Assembly: GCA_016935115.1 (NCBI GenBank)
Contig: JAFGRN010000004.1
Coordinates: 5,778-69,777 of the forward strand
DNA: 64,000 nucleotides
Direction of reading: 5' to 3'
Source: Candidatus Omnitrophota bacterium
Lineage (GTDB): Bacteria; Omnitrophota; Gorgyraeia; 2-01-FULL-45-10
The position numbers were made by a program, and so were the translations under genes. This document shows positions 29,514 through 37,547 of the stretch, one piece after another (position 1 is the stretch's first letter; each line of letters begins with the position of its first letter). Under the pieces are notes generated by a model. That model was given only the letters and a program-made list of their open reading frames with translations, did not search any database and was not told where the DNA came from.

Positions 29514-30554
29514 TCATGGCGGGAATGGAAATATATTATTGTCATATCCGGCCTCGATGCTCCCGCGCGGCACATCACCGTGGGGCCTGAATATATTCCG
29601 GCGGCCCAGGGCCGATTCCGCGATAACGGCATTTTCTCTCCGGTAACCCATGACACTGGCGCCTTCGGCAGGATTATAAAAAATATGCCTTATAGGGCCG
29701 CGGGATGCTTCCTTTTTCAACAGCTTCCTGATCATATCTCCGTATATGCGCGAAGCCACCTTCTGCCCGAATGACTGATGGAATGGGCCGGCCAGCATAT
29801 CCCTCCCGCCAATAAGCCCTTCCGAGGGATGGAGCCCGCACCGAAGGACTTTTACTCCGCTTTTTCTGAATATTCTCACAAGGCTCGCGCAACGCGCGAC
29901 CGCCTCATCTTCGGTAAGCGGGCTGTATCTTCCACTCTTCCACATAACGGCCAGGGCCGTACCTCTCATAACAATAACCGGATATATCCTGACTTCCGAG
30001 GCTTTCATGGCGATCGACATGCGGGCTGTAGCCAGCTCTCCGGCAGGCGTACTGCCCGGCAATCCCACCATAATCTGATGCCCCAAAGTAAATTTCTCCA
30101 TACGGATAAACCGCGACGCTTTCCTGACATTGGCCGGGGTATGCCCCCTCTTCGCGGCGTCCAATACTCTGGCGGACATGGACTGCACTCCGAGCTCGAT
30201 ACAGTTAACATGGCATCTCTTAAGCATCTTCAGGATATCTTCATTTATGCAATCCGGCCGTGTAGATATCCGGATGCCGTGAATCCGGTGGCTCCTGATA
30301 AAAGGCCGGACCGCCATTAAATATGCCTCCTGTTTTTCTATCGGCAGGGCTGTAAAACTGCCACCGAAGAACGCGGCTTCCCTTTTCGTTCCTGTGTCCG
30401 GGATCGTCTTAAGGTATTTTCGGATGGTAGAAGATATTTCAGATACGCTTACAGCTCTCTTCCTGCCGGATATTTTCTTCTGCGCGCAGAAGATGCAGGT
30501 ATGCGGACAGCCTTCATGCGGTATAAAGAACGGAATAGTATAATGTTCTTTCAT
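29514..30554 (-). CDS. Radical SAM protein (Elp3-like radical SAM domain only, no acetyltransferase domain)
   Basis: 346 aa. The N-terminus IPFFIPHEGCPHTCIFCAQ contains CxxxCxxC, followed by a TIM-barrel-like core (FFGGSFT, ISTRPD, ELGVQS). Confidence 0.85.
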   Translation of the reverse strand: MKEHYTIPFFIPHEGCPHTCIFCAQKKISGRKRAVSVSEISSTIRKYLKTIPDTGTKREAAFFGGSFTALPIEKQEAYLMAVRPFIRSHRIHGIRISTRPDCINEDILKMLKRCHVNCIELGVQSMSARVLDAAKRGHTPANVRKASRFIRMEKFTLGHQIMVGLPGSTPAGELATARMSIAMKASEVRIYPVIVMRGTALAVMWKSGRYSPLTEDEAVARCASLVRIFRKSGVKVLRCGLHPSEGLIGGRDMLAGPFHQSFGQKVASRIYGDMIRKLLKKEASRGPIRHIFYNPAEGASVMGYRRENAVIAESALGRRNIFRPHGDVPRGSIEAGYDNNIFPFPP

Positions 30555-31102
30555 ATGAATGACAATGCTACGGTAGCGGCCGTGGCCAGAACCTGGCCCG
30601 CTACCGATATTACCGTGCGGGTAGAGCTGCGCTTCTTTGCCTCTTTCGTAACAGCATTCATTGCGGTGAGACAGGTTATCCTGACCGCGTTCTGCTGCTC
30701 TGTAAGCTCGCCCGCGCGATCCTCATAGTAAGAACCTGATTTGCAATCGAGGCAGTCATAAAGCCTCATAAGGTCGCAATCCTTCCATTTTGAGAGGGTG
30801 ACCTTATCATATTCTATATCGAATATTCCGGATTTTTTTATATATTCGGACCTTCTTTTGGCCAGGAGCGCCTGATACTCCTCCAGGGCAATGCTGCGGG
30901 CCACACCGTCTTCCCATGTTTCTTGTTTTATATTATATATGAGAGCTACCAGCTTGAGGGCCTTATCATCATCGAGATCCTCGAAATCTTTGAATTCCTG
31001 CCCCTCTACCCTGTATGCGCACGGATATCGCATAGTGGCGCAGCCGCATACAAAGATGCACAGGCAGGCAAAGAAAACCGATATCCGGACAGGACCTTTC
31101 AT
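30551..31102 (-). CDS. Cys-rich lipoprotein with a C-terminal hydrophobic segment, function unknown
   Basis: 183 aa with the signal/lipobox FVCGCA, a cluster CDLMRLYDCLDC, and the C-terminal segment VISVAGQVLATAATVALSFI. An ATGA overlap joins it to the radical SAM start. Confidence 0.65.
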   Translation of the reverse strand: MKGPVRISVFFACLCIFVCGCATMRYPCAYRVEGQEFKDFEDLDDDKALKLVALIYNIKQETWEDGVARSIALEEYQALLAKRRSEYIKKSGIFDIEYDKVTLSKWKDCDLMRLYDCLDCKSGSYYEDRAGELTEQQNAVRITCLTAMNAVTKEAKKRSSTRTVISVAGQVLATAATVALSFI

Positions 31103-31111
31103 AGGCCGCTA

Positions 31112-31582
31112 TTATTTCTTCTTCATCGCCGCAAAACTTCCGAATAGGGATTCCAAGACCGCGCTCCACATCACCTTGTACTGCTTATCAAAATATATGG
31201 AATCCGCAACAGGCTTCCCCTGAACGGTCATCAAGAGGACGCCTGTCCGGAAGATCTTTTTGTCATCATCTCCGCCGGAAATCATCTTGGACCAACGAAC
31301 CTGCCCTTCCATCTCAATCGAGCTTCTTACAATCGGCTCATAGACTTCCAGCAAAAGAATGTCACCCTTATTCAATTTCCTGACAGAATCAAAGCAGAGA
31401 CCCTCGACACTCACGTTCCTGCACACACCCAAATATTTATTATTATTATCACCGTCGGGGGCCGTTTCAACGACCCGGAACTCGACCCTTGTATTTATAT
31501 CATACTTGACCTTGAAATAGACCTTAAGCTCCGTATCGAACCTCGAGAATTTCCGTCTCTCTAAAAAACCCTTCTTTTTCAT
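31112..31582 (-). CDS. PilZ-domain (c-di-GMP-binding) protein
   Basis: Contains the RxxxR motif (RRKFSRF) and the N-x-S-x-x-G motif (NVSVEGL). I start it at ATG 31582, which has GGGAGG upstream. Confidence 0.8.
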   Translation of the reverse strand: MKKKGFLERRKFSRFDTELKVYFKVKYDINTRVEFRVVETAPDGDNNNKYLGVCRNVSVEGLCFDSVRKLNKGDILLLEVYEPIVRSSIEMEGQVRWSKMISGGDDDKKIFRTGVLLMTVQGKPVADSIYFDKQYKVMWSAVLESLFGSFAAMKKK

Positions 31583-31619
31583 ATCATCAGCCTCCCGATC
31601 TTTCTTCGGCAACAGCGCC

Positions 31620-32384
31620 TTATACCTTCAGCGGCAGTATGTGCCTCCATTTATCCGAAAGGATCCTGCAGTTCTTCTTGAGGAGCCCATAATCATCTTT
31701 TACATACTCTTTATATTCTGACGCCCTTCTTGACCTTCCGCCATTACCTACATGCATGGCCTCGACATTTACAACCACATTCCTGTATCCGGCGGCTATA
31801 CTCGCCAGCGAAACATCGAGATCATAGCAGTGCATAAAACCATAGCTCTCATCCAGGCCCTTTATGCGCTCCAGCAGCTGGCGTCTCATCGTAAAACATA
31901 ACCCGTCAACCACGGCGACATCCGAAACATCCTCATCCATGGGCTCATTCAGATCCTCATTCTGGAGGTTATGCCGGAGGCTGGATTCATTGACGCATCC
32001 ATTCTTATATATCTCTTTCCTTCCGGCCAGGCCGGCTATGCCTATCTTCGGATCCTTGTCCATTACTTCCGCTATCTTCTGAAGCCACCTTTCATCCATT
32101 ATTATCACATCATTATGGATGACCATTATATAATCGTATCGCGCGGCGGCTATTCCCTGGTTTATAGCCCTGATCGGCCCGAGATTCCTGTCATTCCTTA
32201 TGTAGGTTAGAGGCGCCTTATCGTTTATGCCGTCAAAGTATTGCTTCACTTCCGGCCTGGAGCCGTTATCTATTATGATGAGTTCGAACGGGATTCCGGC
32301 CGAATTTCTCAATATCGATTCCACAGCCAGCTTTGTGTAGCCGAGCTGGTTCCAGACCGCGATTATAATGCTCATGCCTCTCAT
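31620..32384 (-). CDS. Family 2 glycosyltransferase
   Basis: 254 aa. The N-terminal SIIIAVWN...IIIDNGS region and a later HND/DGLCF region are typical of the GT-A fold. Confidence 0.85.
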   Translation of the reverse strand: MRGMSIIIAVWNQLGYTKLAVESILRNSAGIPFELIIIDNGSRPEVKQYFDGINDKAPLTYIRNDRNLGPIRAINQGIAAARYDYIMVIHNDVIIMDERWLQKIAEVMDKDPKIGIAGLAGRKEIYKNGCVNESSLRHNLQNEDLNEPMDEDVSDVAVVDGLCFTMRRQLLERIKGLDESYGFMHCYDLDVSLASIAAGYRNVVVNVEAMHVGNGGRSRRASEYKEYVKDDYGLLKKNCRILSDKWRHILPLKV

Positions 32385-32404
32385 AATATATGCCCTACCT
32401 TAGG

Positions 32405-32806
32405 TTACGGTTCCATTCCGACGGGCCTGCGCAGCGACTTCTTCTCGGAATGCATCCTTTTATCCCTGAGCATCTTCTCCCTGGAGCGGCGCGAGCGCCT
32501 GCGTTTCTGGCGGCGGATCTTCTCCATCCTTTTCCGCGATTCCGCCTCACGGCCCAGGACAATCGACTCTATCTTATCGGCAAGTATCCTTCTGGCCAAA
32601 AACCGGTTAAGGGCCTGGGACCGGGTCTCTTGGCATTTGATCTCGATGCCAGTTGGCCTGTGCTTAAGATAAACGCACGCGGATGTCTTATTGACCTTCT
32701 GCCCGCCCTTCTTGCCGGCAAGAATAAATAACTCCGTAATGTCCGCTTCGCGTATTCCAAGAGCAGCCATCTTTACAGCCAGCGCTTCTTCTTTATTCTT
32801 ACGCAT
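32405..32806 (-). CDS. GGQ-domain peptidyl-tRNA hydrolase, ArfB/ICT1-like ribosome-rescue factor
   Basis: 133 aa. It contains GKKGGQKVNKTSACVYLKH.PTGIEIKCQETRSQ..N, followed by a very basic tail (RKRMEKIRRQKRRRSRRSREK). Confidence 0.8.
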   Translation of the reverse strand: MRKNKEEALAVKMAALGIREADITELFILAGKKGGQKVNKTSACVYLKHRPTGIEIKCQETRSQALNRFLARRILADKIESIVLGREAESRKRMEKIRRQKRRRSRRSREKMLRDKRMHSEKKSLRRPVGMEP

Positions 32807-32826
32807 AATCCGGATGGCCGGCGCGA

Positions 32827-33240
32827 TTATCTTCGCGCACGGCTTTTTCGGTACCGCAGCAGTAATTCTCCGTAACGCGCGTCACGGCGGATATATTCCA
32901 GATCGGGATCCCTGTCCATATGTTTAAATGCCCTATAGCCGAACTTAATCGCTTTCTCGAGCGCCTCTATGCAAGAATCGGATCTCTTCAGGAGTGAATA
33001 GTCACAGGCAAGGTTATAGCGGATTGTGGGATCTGTCGGGAGCAGGTTGGCGAGCCTGAGGTCCATCTCCAGCCCTTTTGCGTACAGGCCCTTTTTAGTA
33101 TAAGCATCGCCCAGGAGAAAAAGCGCATTGACATGATCGGGGCTCTCCCTGATCACGTCCTCATAGAAAGATATCTCGAAGTCGATGTCATCTTCTTCGA
33201 GATATCTTCCGGCCTTTAATATACCCCATTCCTTATTCAT
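32827..33240 (-). CDS. TPR-repeat protein
   Basis: 137 aa with 2-3 TPR-like units (ALFLLGDAYTKKGLYAKGLE, RYNLACDYSLL). Confidence 0.7.
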   Translation of the reverse strand: MNKEWGILKAGRYLEEDDIDFEISFYEDVIRESPDHVNALFLLGDAYTKKGLYAKGLEMDLRLANLLPTDPTIRYNLACDYSLLKRSDSCIEALEKAIKFGYRAFKHMDRDPDLEYIRRDARYGELLLRYRKSRARR

Positions 33241-33282
33241 GCGGCATATTATATCATTGCCCGCGGTAATTTAGCAAAAATT

Positions 33283-33804
33283 TTATACCCCTGCGGGGCC
33301 GTCCTTGCCGCCATCATCTTTATGGCCGTGCCAATGGCCCTTACTCTTACCGCTCCTGTCCTTGAAGCGCCTCATCTTCTTCTCCATCGAAGCTTTCATC
33401 TTACCAAACTGCTCCGGTGTCAGGACCCGCTTCATGGCCGTCACCTTATCCACCCTGTACTGTATCTGCTGGCCTACCAGATTTTTCAGGTCGGCAACCA
33501 GGGTATTCACGCGGGCCGTATCCGTTACCGGTTTCTCGAGCTCCTCTTTAAGGGCAACACGCGCGGCACGGATCTTCTCTTTAAGATCCTTCGACTTAGC
33601 CATAAACTCAGCGCGGTCCTTATCGAGCGCATCCTTCTGTTCCGGTGTCAGCTTCAGCTCTTCAGCCATCTTCTTAAAGTGCGCATCTCTCTTCGCCGCA
33701 CCCTGCGGGACGCCTCTCATCTCGCCGGCATAGACAAAAGCTGCCGAAAATATAACCGCCGCGGCTGTTACCACCGCCATAAATCCGCCGATACCTCTCC
33801 TCAT
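33283..33804 (-). CDS. Periplasmic Spy/CpxP/ZraP-family (LTxxQ) protein
   Basis: 173 aa with a signal peptide, two LTPEQ motifs and a His-rich tail (GHWHGHKDD). Confidence 0.75.
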   Translation of the reverse strand: MRRGIGGFMAVVTAAAVIFSAAFVYAGEMRGVPQGAAKRDAHFKKMAEELKLTPEQKDALDKDRAEFMAKSKDLKEKIRAARVALKEELEKPVTDTARVNTLVADLKNLVGQQIQYRVDKVTAMKRVLTPEQFGKMKASMEKKMRRFKDRSGKSKGHWHGHKDDGGKDGPAGV

Positions 33805-33858
33805 AACATCACCCCCCTTTTTATCCCTTAGACATGTGTATTATAAAAAAAGTTCCCG

Positions 33859-34335
33859 CTACAGAAGTAATTCCGCCCCGGTCCCTATGTCGGTATTGAA
33901 GATACCGTAACCATTAACCTCTTCGGCATCAAGGTTCGTTATATAACCCATCTGTTCATCCAGATATTCGTTCAGCGGGTTCTTTCCCGCCACCGGTACC
34001 GCCACAACCAGGGCTATAATTACCGCAACCGCTGCCGCAAATGCTGCAATCGGCCCCGGATTGTGACAGAGAGAAGCGATTAGCTCCGCAATAGATTGCC
34101 GAACCGGCCGTCCCGCCGTTACGCGCTCCCTGATCCTCTCGAATATATAGGCAGGAGGCTCTTCTCTGACAGATGCCCTAAAAGGCTCTATCGCGCCGGA
34201 GTGCACCCTTTTTTCCAGTTCGCGGCAGGCCGCGCACCGGCTTATATGGGCCTCTACCTCGCTTCGCACGATTGCCGCAAGTTCTCCGTCAACGTAATCC
34301 GTAAAAAGCAGGTCTCTTACCTTTTTACAATCCAT
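33859..34335 (-). CDS. Anti-sigma factor (zf-HC2 type, single-pass membrane)
   Basis: 158 aa with the N-terminal H-x3-C-x2-C motif (HISRCAACRE) and a central TM segment. It lies directly downstream of the ECF sigma gene. Confidence 0.8.
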   Translation of the reverse strand: MDCKKVRDLLFTDYVDGELAAIVRSEVEAHISRCAACRELEKRVHSGAIEPFRASVREEPPAYIFERIRERVTAGRPVRQSIAELIASLCHNPGPIAAFAAAVAVIIALVVAVPVAGKNPLNEYLDEQMGYITNLDAEEVNGYGIFNTDIGTGAELLL

Positions 34336-34337
34336 GG

Positions 34338-34886
34338 CTATCGCCCCTTTCTTCCCATAGCAAGGAGTCTTTCACGCGCCCTCCTGAGCCTGGAACGGAC
34401 CGTATTTATATTGATATGCAGAGTATCTGCTATGGCCCGGTAATCAAGCCCCTCTATCTCCCTTAATACTATACAGGCGCGCTGGTCGGGATCGAGCGCA
34501 TCGATAAGAGGCTCTACGGCTTCCATAAACTCTTCCTTATCGAATTGCCGGCTTTCGGCCCGCGGAGCCTCCCTGTCATGCAAGGCCGGATCATACTCCA
34601 ATCTGCCACATACATGCCGCGCTCGGCATTTGCAATAGTTTATAGCGGTATTGGCCGTGATTCGGTATATCCAGGTCTTGAGCGATGACCTGAACCCAAA
34701 ACCGCGGAGATTACGGTGCACCTTCACAAAGACATCCTGGGTAACCTCATCCGCGTCATCGCGATTATTGGTTATCCGCAGCGCCACATTATAGACGAAC
34801 GGGCTCGTAGACCTGTATATATCCTCAAAAGCCGCCATATCGCCTTTTGCCGCCCTGGCTATTACATCGTTCGATATATCGGACAT
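34338..34886 (-). CDS. ECF-type RNA polymerase sigma factor
   Basis: 182 aa with region 2 (DADEVTQDVFVKV, WIYRIT.N) and region 4 (LREIEGLDYRAIADTL). Confidence 0.9.
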   Translation of the reverse strand: MSDISNDVIARAAKGDMAAFEDIYRSTSPFVYNVALRITNNRDDADEVTQDVFVKVHRNLRGFGFRSSLKTWIYRITANTAINYCKCRARHVCGRLEYDPALHDREAPRAESRQFDKEEFMEAVEPLIDALDPDQRACIVLREIEGLDYRAIADTLHININTVRSRLRRARERLLAMGRKGR

Positions 34887-34898
34887 ACTGAACCCTCA

Positions 34899-35684
34899 TT
34901 ACCTTTGACAGGCGATCCGCCTGGAAAGTTCCCTTTTTTTGACCCATTCCGCCATATCCTCGAATACCTTCTCTTTGCCGAGATCGATCGAGAGGGCATG
35001 ATACATATCGGGATATTCAATAAGTGTTTTATCGCAAACTGTAAGCTTGGTGAATACATTTCTGGCCGCTGAGGGATCCACCAATTTGTCATTACCCGAT
35101 AAGAGAAATAGGACCGGCACTTTCAGCCTTGCCTTCAATATACAGGCCATCAGCTGATCGACCATTATATTAAACAGCGTGACGGCATTTGCCGAGCGGC
35201 GCTCGCGCTCATCGGAATCCATCTTATCGCTGTAATCGGTATCGCGCGTGCACATATTGGAACTAAACGGTATTTTAAAATACCGCTTCCGATCATAGAT
35301 AAGCGCTATGAATATTTTCAGATACTCCAGAGGCGGCAGTTTCATCCTGCTGGCAAATGCGGGCGATAAGCATATAAGCCCTTCGAACAATTTCGGATGC
35401 CTGATAGCAAGCAAAAACGATTCCAGTGCTCCAAGGCTCTCACCTACCAGATATATTTTCTTTGAGGGATTAGCTCCGGAAGCTATATCGTAAATCCGCA
35501 GGATTTTATCATAATATCCAGGGGCTCCGGAAAGCTCCGGGGCATAAGACGATATGCCTTTTTTGAGAAAGAATCCGGCAAGCGCTTCCCAGCGCCCCGC
35601 ATGCGCTCCGAGGCCGTGTACCAATAAAAAAACGGCTTCCGGCGCCGGAGTCACCCATTGCCTGTAGCCGCTGACATTTTTCAT
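34899..35684 (-). CDS. Alpha/beta hydrolase (lysophospholipase-like), paralogue of 26228..27037
   Basis: 261 aa with HGLGAHAGRWE and GESLGA. It is collinear with the other hydrolase (LICLSPAF, MCTRD, IEYPDMYHAL). Confidence 0.85.
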   Translation of the reverse strand: MKNVSGYRQWVTPAPEAVFLLVHGLGAHAGRWEALAGFFLKKGISSYAPELSGAPGYYDKILRIYDIASGANPSKKIYLVGESLGALESFLLAIRHPKLFEGLICLSPAFASRMKLPPLEYLKIFIALIYDRKRYFKIPFSSNMCTRDTDYSDKMDSDERERRSANAVTLFNIMVDQLMACILKARLKVPVLFLLSGNDKLVDPSAARNVFTKLTVCDKTLIEYPDMYHALSIDLGKEKVFEDMAEWVKKRELSRRIACQR

Positions 35685-35709
35685 CAGGCCATACCCTGTC
35701 GTGAATACC

Positions 35710-36741
35710 CTAAAAGTAATTATTAAATATCTCTACGAGCCTTGTCGAAAGGCGCACTGCTATGCCGGACTCTGCCGAGGCTTTCTTATCACGCGCATAT
35801 TCGGCGAGCCCTATGGCCGTTACAAGACAGACACTCTCTATGCCGGATATTCTTCCGCGCGTATCCTTCACGGCACCCAGCTTCACAGGACAGGAGATCT
35901 TCTCTTCTATAAGCTCTATCATGCCGTCTGCCAGGGCAGAACCTCCTGTAATAATAACTGATGGAGAAGCGGATCCTTTCTTCGAACATTCCGCCAGTCT
36001 TTTCGATATCCCTGAGATTGCAGCATCGAAGCCCGCGATTTCCCTATCCAGTATATCAAAAGATTCCAGGATGCCTCCGAAGAAAACCGATATTTCCGTC
36101 AGAGAACTGCCCATATCTACAAGTATGGCGCCCGACTCCTTCTGGTTCTTGTCAAGAAGGCTCATTCCGTCGGCCACTCCGGTAAAGACGACCTCTTTAA
36201 CATCATACCCGGCATCATTAACGCATTTATATATGCTCTGGATATGGTTGCTGTTCGCGGTTATTACAAATATTTCGCAGGCAAGCCGCGACGCGTAAAG
36301 GCCGAAGGGATTCTTTATCCACGGCTGGTCATCGATCGAAAAACCACGAACTATCCTGTGAACTATCTCCCTGTCAAACGGAAGATGTATGGTGCCGGCC
36401 GCATCTATACTCTTATTTATATCAGACCGCGTTATCTCCCTGCCTCTAAGCGAAATCGGCACCATACCTGCAGACCGCGTACCTTTCAGGTCGCCGCCGC
36501 TGACATTGACATATATTTCACCGCATCTTCTGTCAGGGCCTGATTTAAGTTTTGCCAGCGCCTTTGTAACAGATTCCGTCAGGCTGCTTACATCCGTGAC
36601 CATGCCTTTTGATACGCCATGCGAATCGACCGTCGCATGCGATAATATTTCGAATCCGCCGTCTTTACCTATTAATGCCATGACTGCGGCAATCTTCGAA
36701 GATCCTATGTCCAGCCCCGTAACGACAGAAGGTTTCCTCAT
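35710..36741 (-). CDS. ftsA: Cell division protein FtsA (short form, 343 aa)
   Basis: Actin-fold motifs are present (GLDIGSSKIAAV, VDMGSSLTEI, IITGGSA), and the gene sits after ftsQ. It is about 75 aa shorter than E. coli FtsA. Confidence 0.85.
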   Translation of the reverse strand: MRKPSVVTGLDIGSSKIAAVMALIGKDGGFEILSHATVDSHGVSKGMVTDVSSLTESVTKALAKLKSGPDRRCGEIYVNVSGGDLKGTRSAGMVPISLRGREITRSDINKSIDAAGTIHLPFDREIVHRIVRGFSIDDQPWIKNPFGLYASRLACEIFVITANSNHIQSIYKCVNDAGYDVKEVVFTGVADGMSLLDKNQKESGAILVDMGSSLTEISVFFGGILESFDILDREIAGFDAAISGISKRLAECSKKGSASPSVIITGGSALADGMIELIEEKISCPVKLGAVKDTRGRISGIESVCLVTAIGLAEYARDKKASAESGIAVRLSTRLVEIFNNYF

Positions 36742-37538
36742 GATAATTTTGGCCCTATTATGACATCTTTAAAACGAACATCTATATACTTTATATTATC
36801 CATGACAAGCCTCGGATCCCTGAGTGTCCTCGCCAGGAGTTCAAGCCTATCCTTGAAACGTTCCGAGCCTATCCTGACTTCCACCCCGCCTTTAAGGTAA
36901 AAGATAAGATTATTCGGATCATTAACACTGATCGATATGACCCCGATGTTCGTAAGCTGGCGTACCTGGCCTATCTCCCGAAGAAGATCTAGCGCGCGCC
37001 TGAGATTCTTAGTCGCGGCATGCGAACTTCCGGCGCCAATATTCACGCCTATTATGATCGGCATATCATTTAGCGCGTCGACCCTGCTTCCCGCCGGAAG
37101 CACTACCCCATCTTCATCGACGGGATAGAATCTGGCCCCTTTTACAAGAGCCACCGGCCTGCGCATCTTAAGATTTATAACGAGCCTGTCGGGAGGGGCA
37201 ATGCTCACAACCACATCCTTCACGTCGCCGTAACTGTTCTGGATAAACCTGGCTATATACTTCAGGTCTATATTGAATACATTCCGTCCGCTATTCGCTT
37301 TTAAAACATAATCACTGATATAGGATGAAGCCTGGGGCGAAAGAAATGAAGACTTTAGATCCACGGATCGCAGCTTGAAATAACCCGACTCATTCAGGAA
37401 TGCCCTCACAAGCATCACCGCAAAGAATATGAAGAATCCTATAACAGCGAGCGTCATTGCTTTCGAAACCACAAAATCCCTGATTCCAGGCGCTGATGAG
37501 CCGTTCCTGCTTTTCTTTGTCTTCCTGAATCTTCCCAT
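36738..37538 (-). CDS. ftsQ: Cell division protein FtsQ
   Basis: 266 aa with a basic N-terminus, a TM segment, and POTRA plus FtsQ-type beta domains. It lies between ddl and ftsA. Confidence 0.85.
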   Translation of the reverse strand: MGRFRKTKKSRNGSSAPGIRDFVVSKAMTLAVIGFFIFFAVMLVRAFLNESGYFKLRSVDLKSSFLSPQASSYISDYVLKANSGRNVFNIDLKYIARFIQNSYGDVKDVVVSIAPPDRLVINLKMRRPVALVKGARFYPVDEDGVVLPAGSRVDALNDMPIIIGVNIGAGSSHAATKNLRRALDLLREIGQVRQLTNIGVISISVNDPNNLIFYLKGGVEVRIGSERFKDRLELLARTLRDPRLVMDNIKYIDVRFKDVIIGPKLS

Positions 37539-37547
37539 ATCCTCCGC

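Noticed and set aside
29286-30554. RiPP hypothesis: radical SAM maturase plus the adjacent Cys-containing 52-aa peptide as precursor
   Set aside because: The small gene lies downstream with its own promoter-like element and terminator. Its CxxC-x17-CxxC pattern is a structural zinc ribbon found as a stand-alone family. The radical SAM protein lacks a SPASM or RRE-type extension that I can see. I kept the gene only as a separate low-key observation.
26228-35684. The inverted hydrolase paralogues as IS-like or recombinogenic inverted repeats defining a mobile island
   Set aside because: The similarity is only at the protein level; spot comparison of the LIC.SP.F region shows diverged DNA. No integrase or transposase, tRNA-adjacent att site or direct repeats flank the block.
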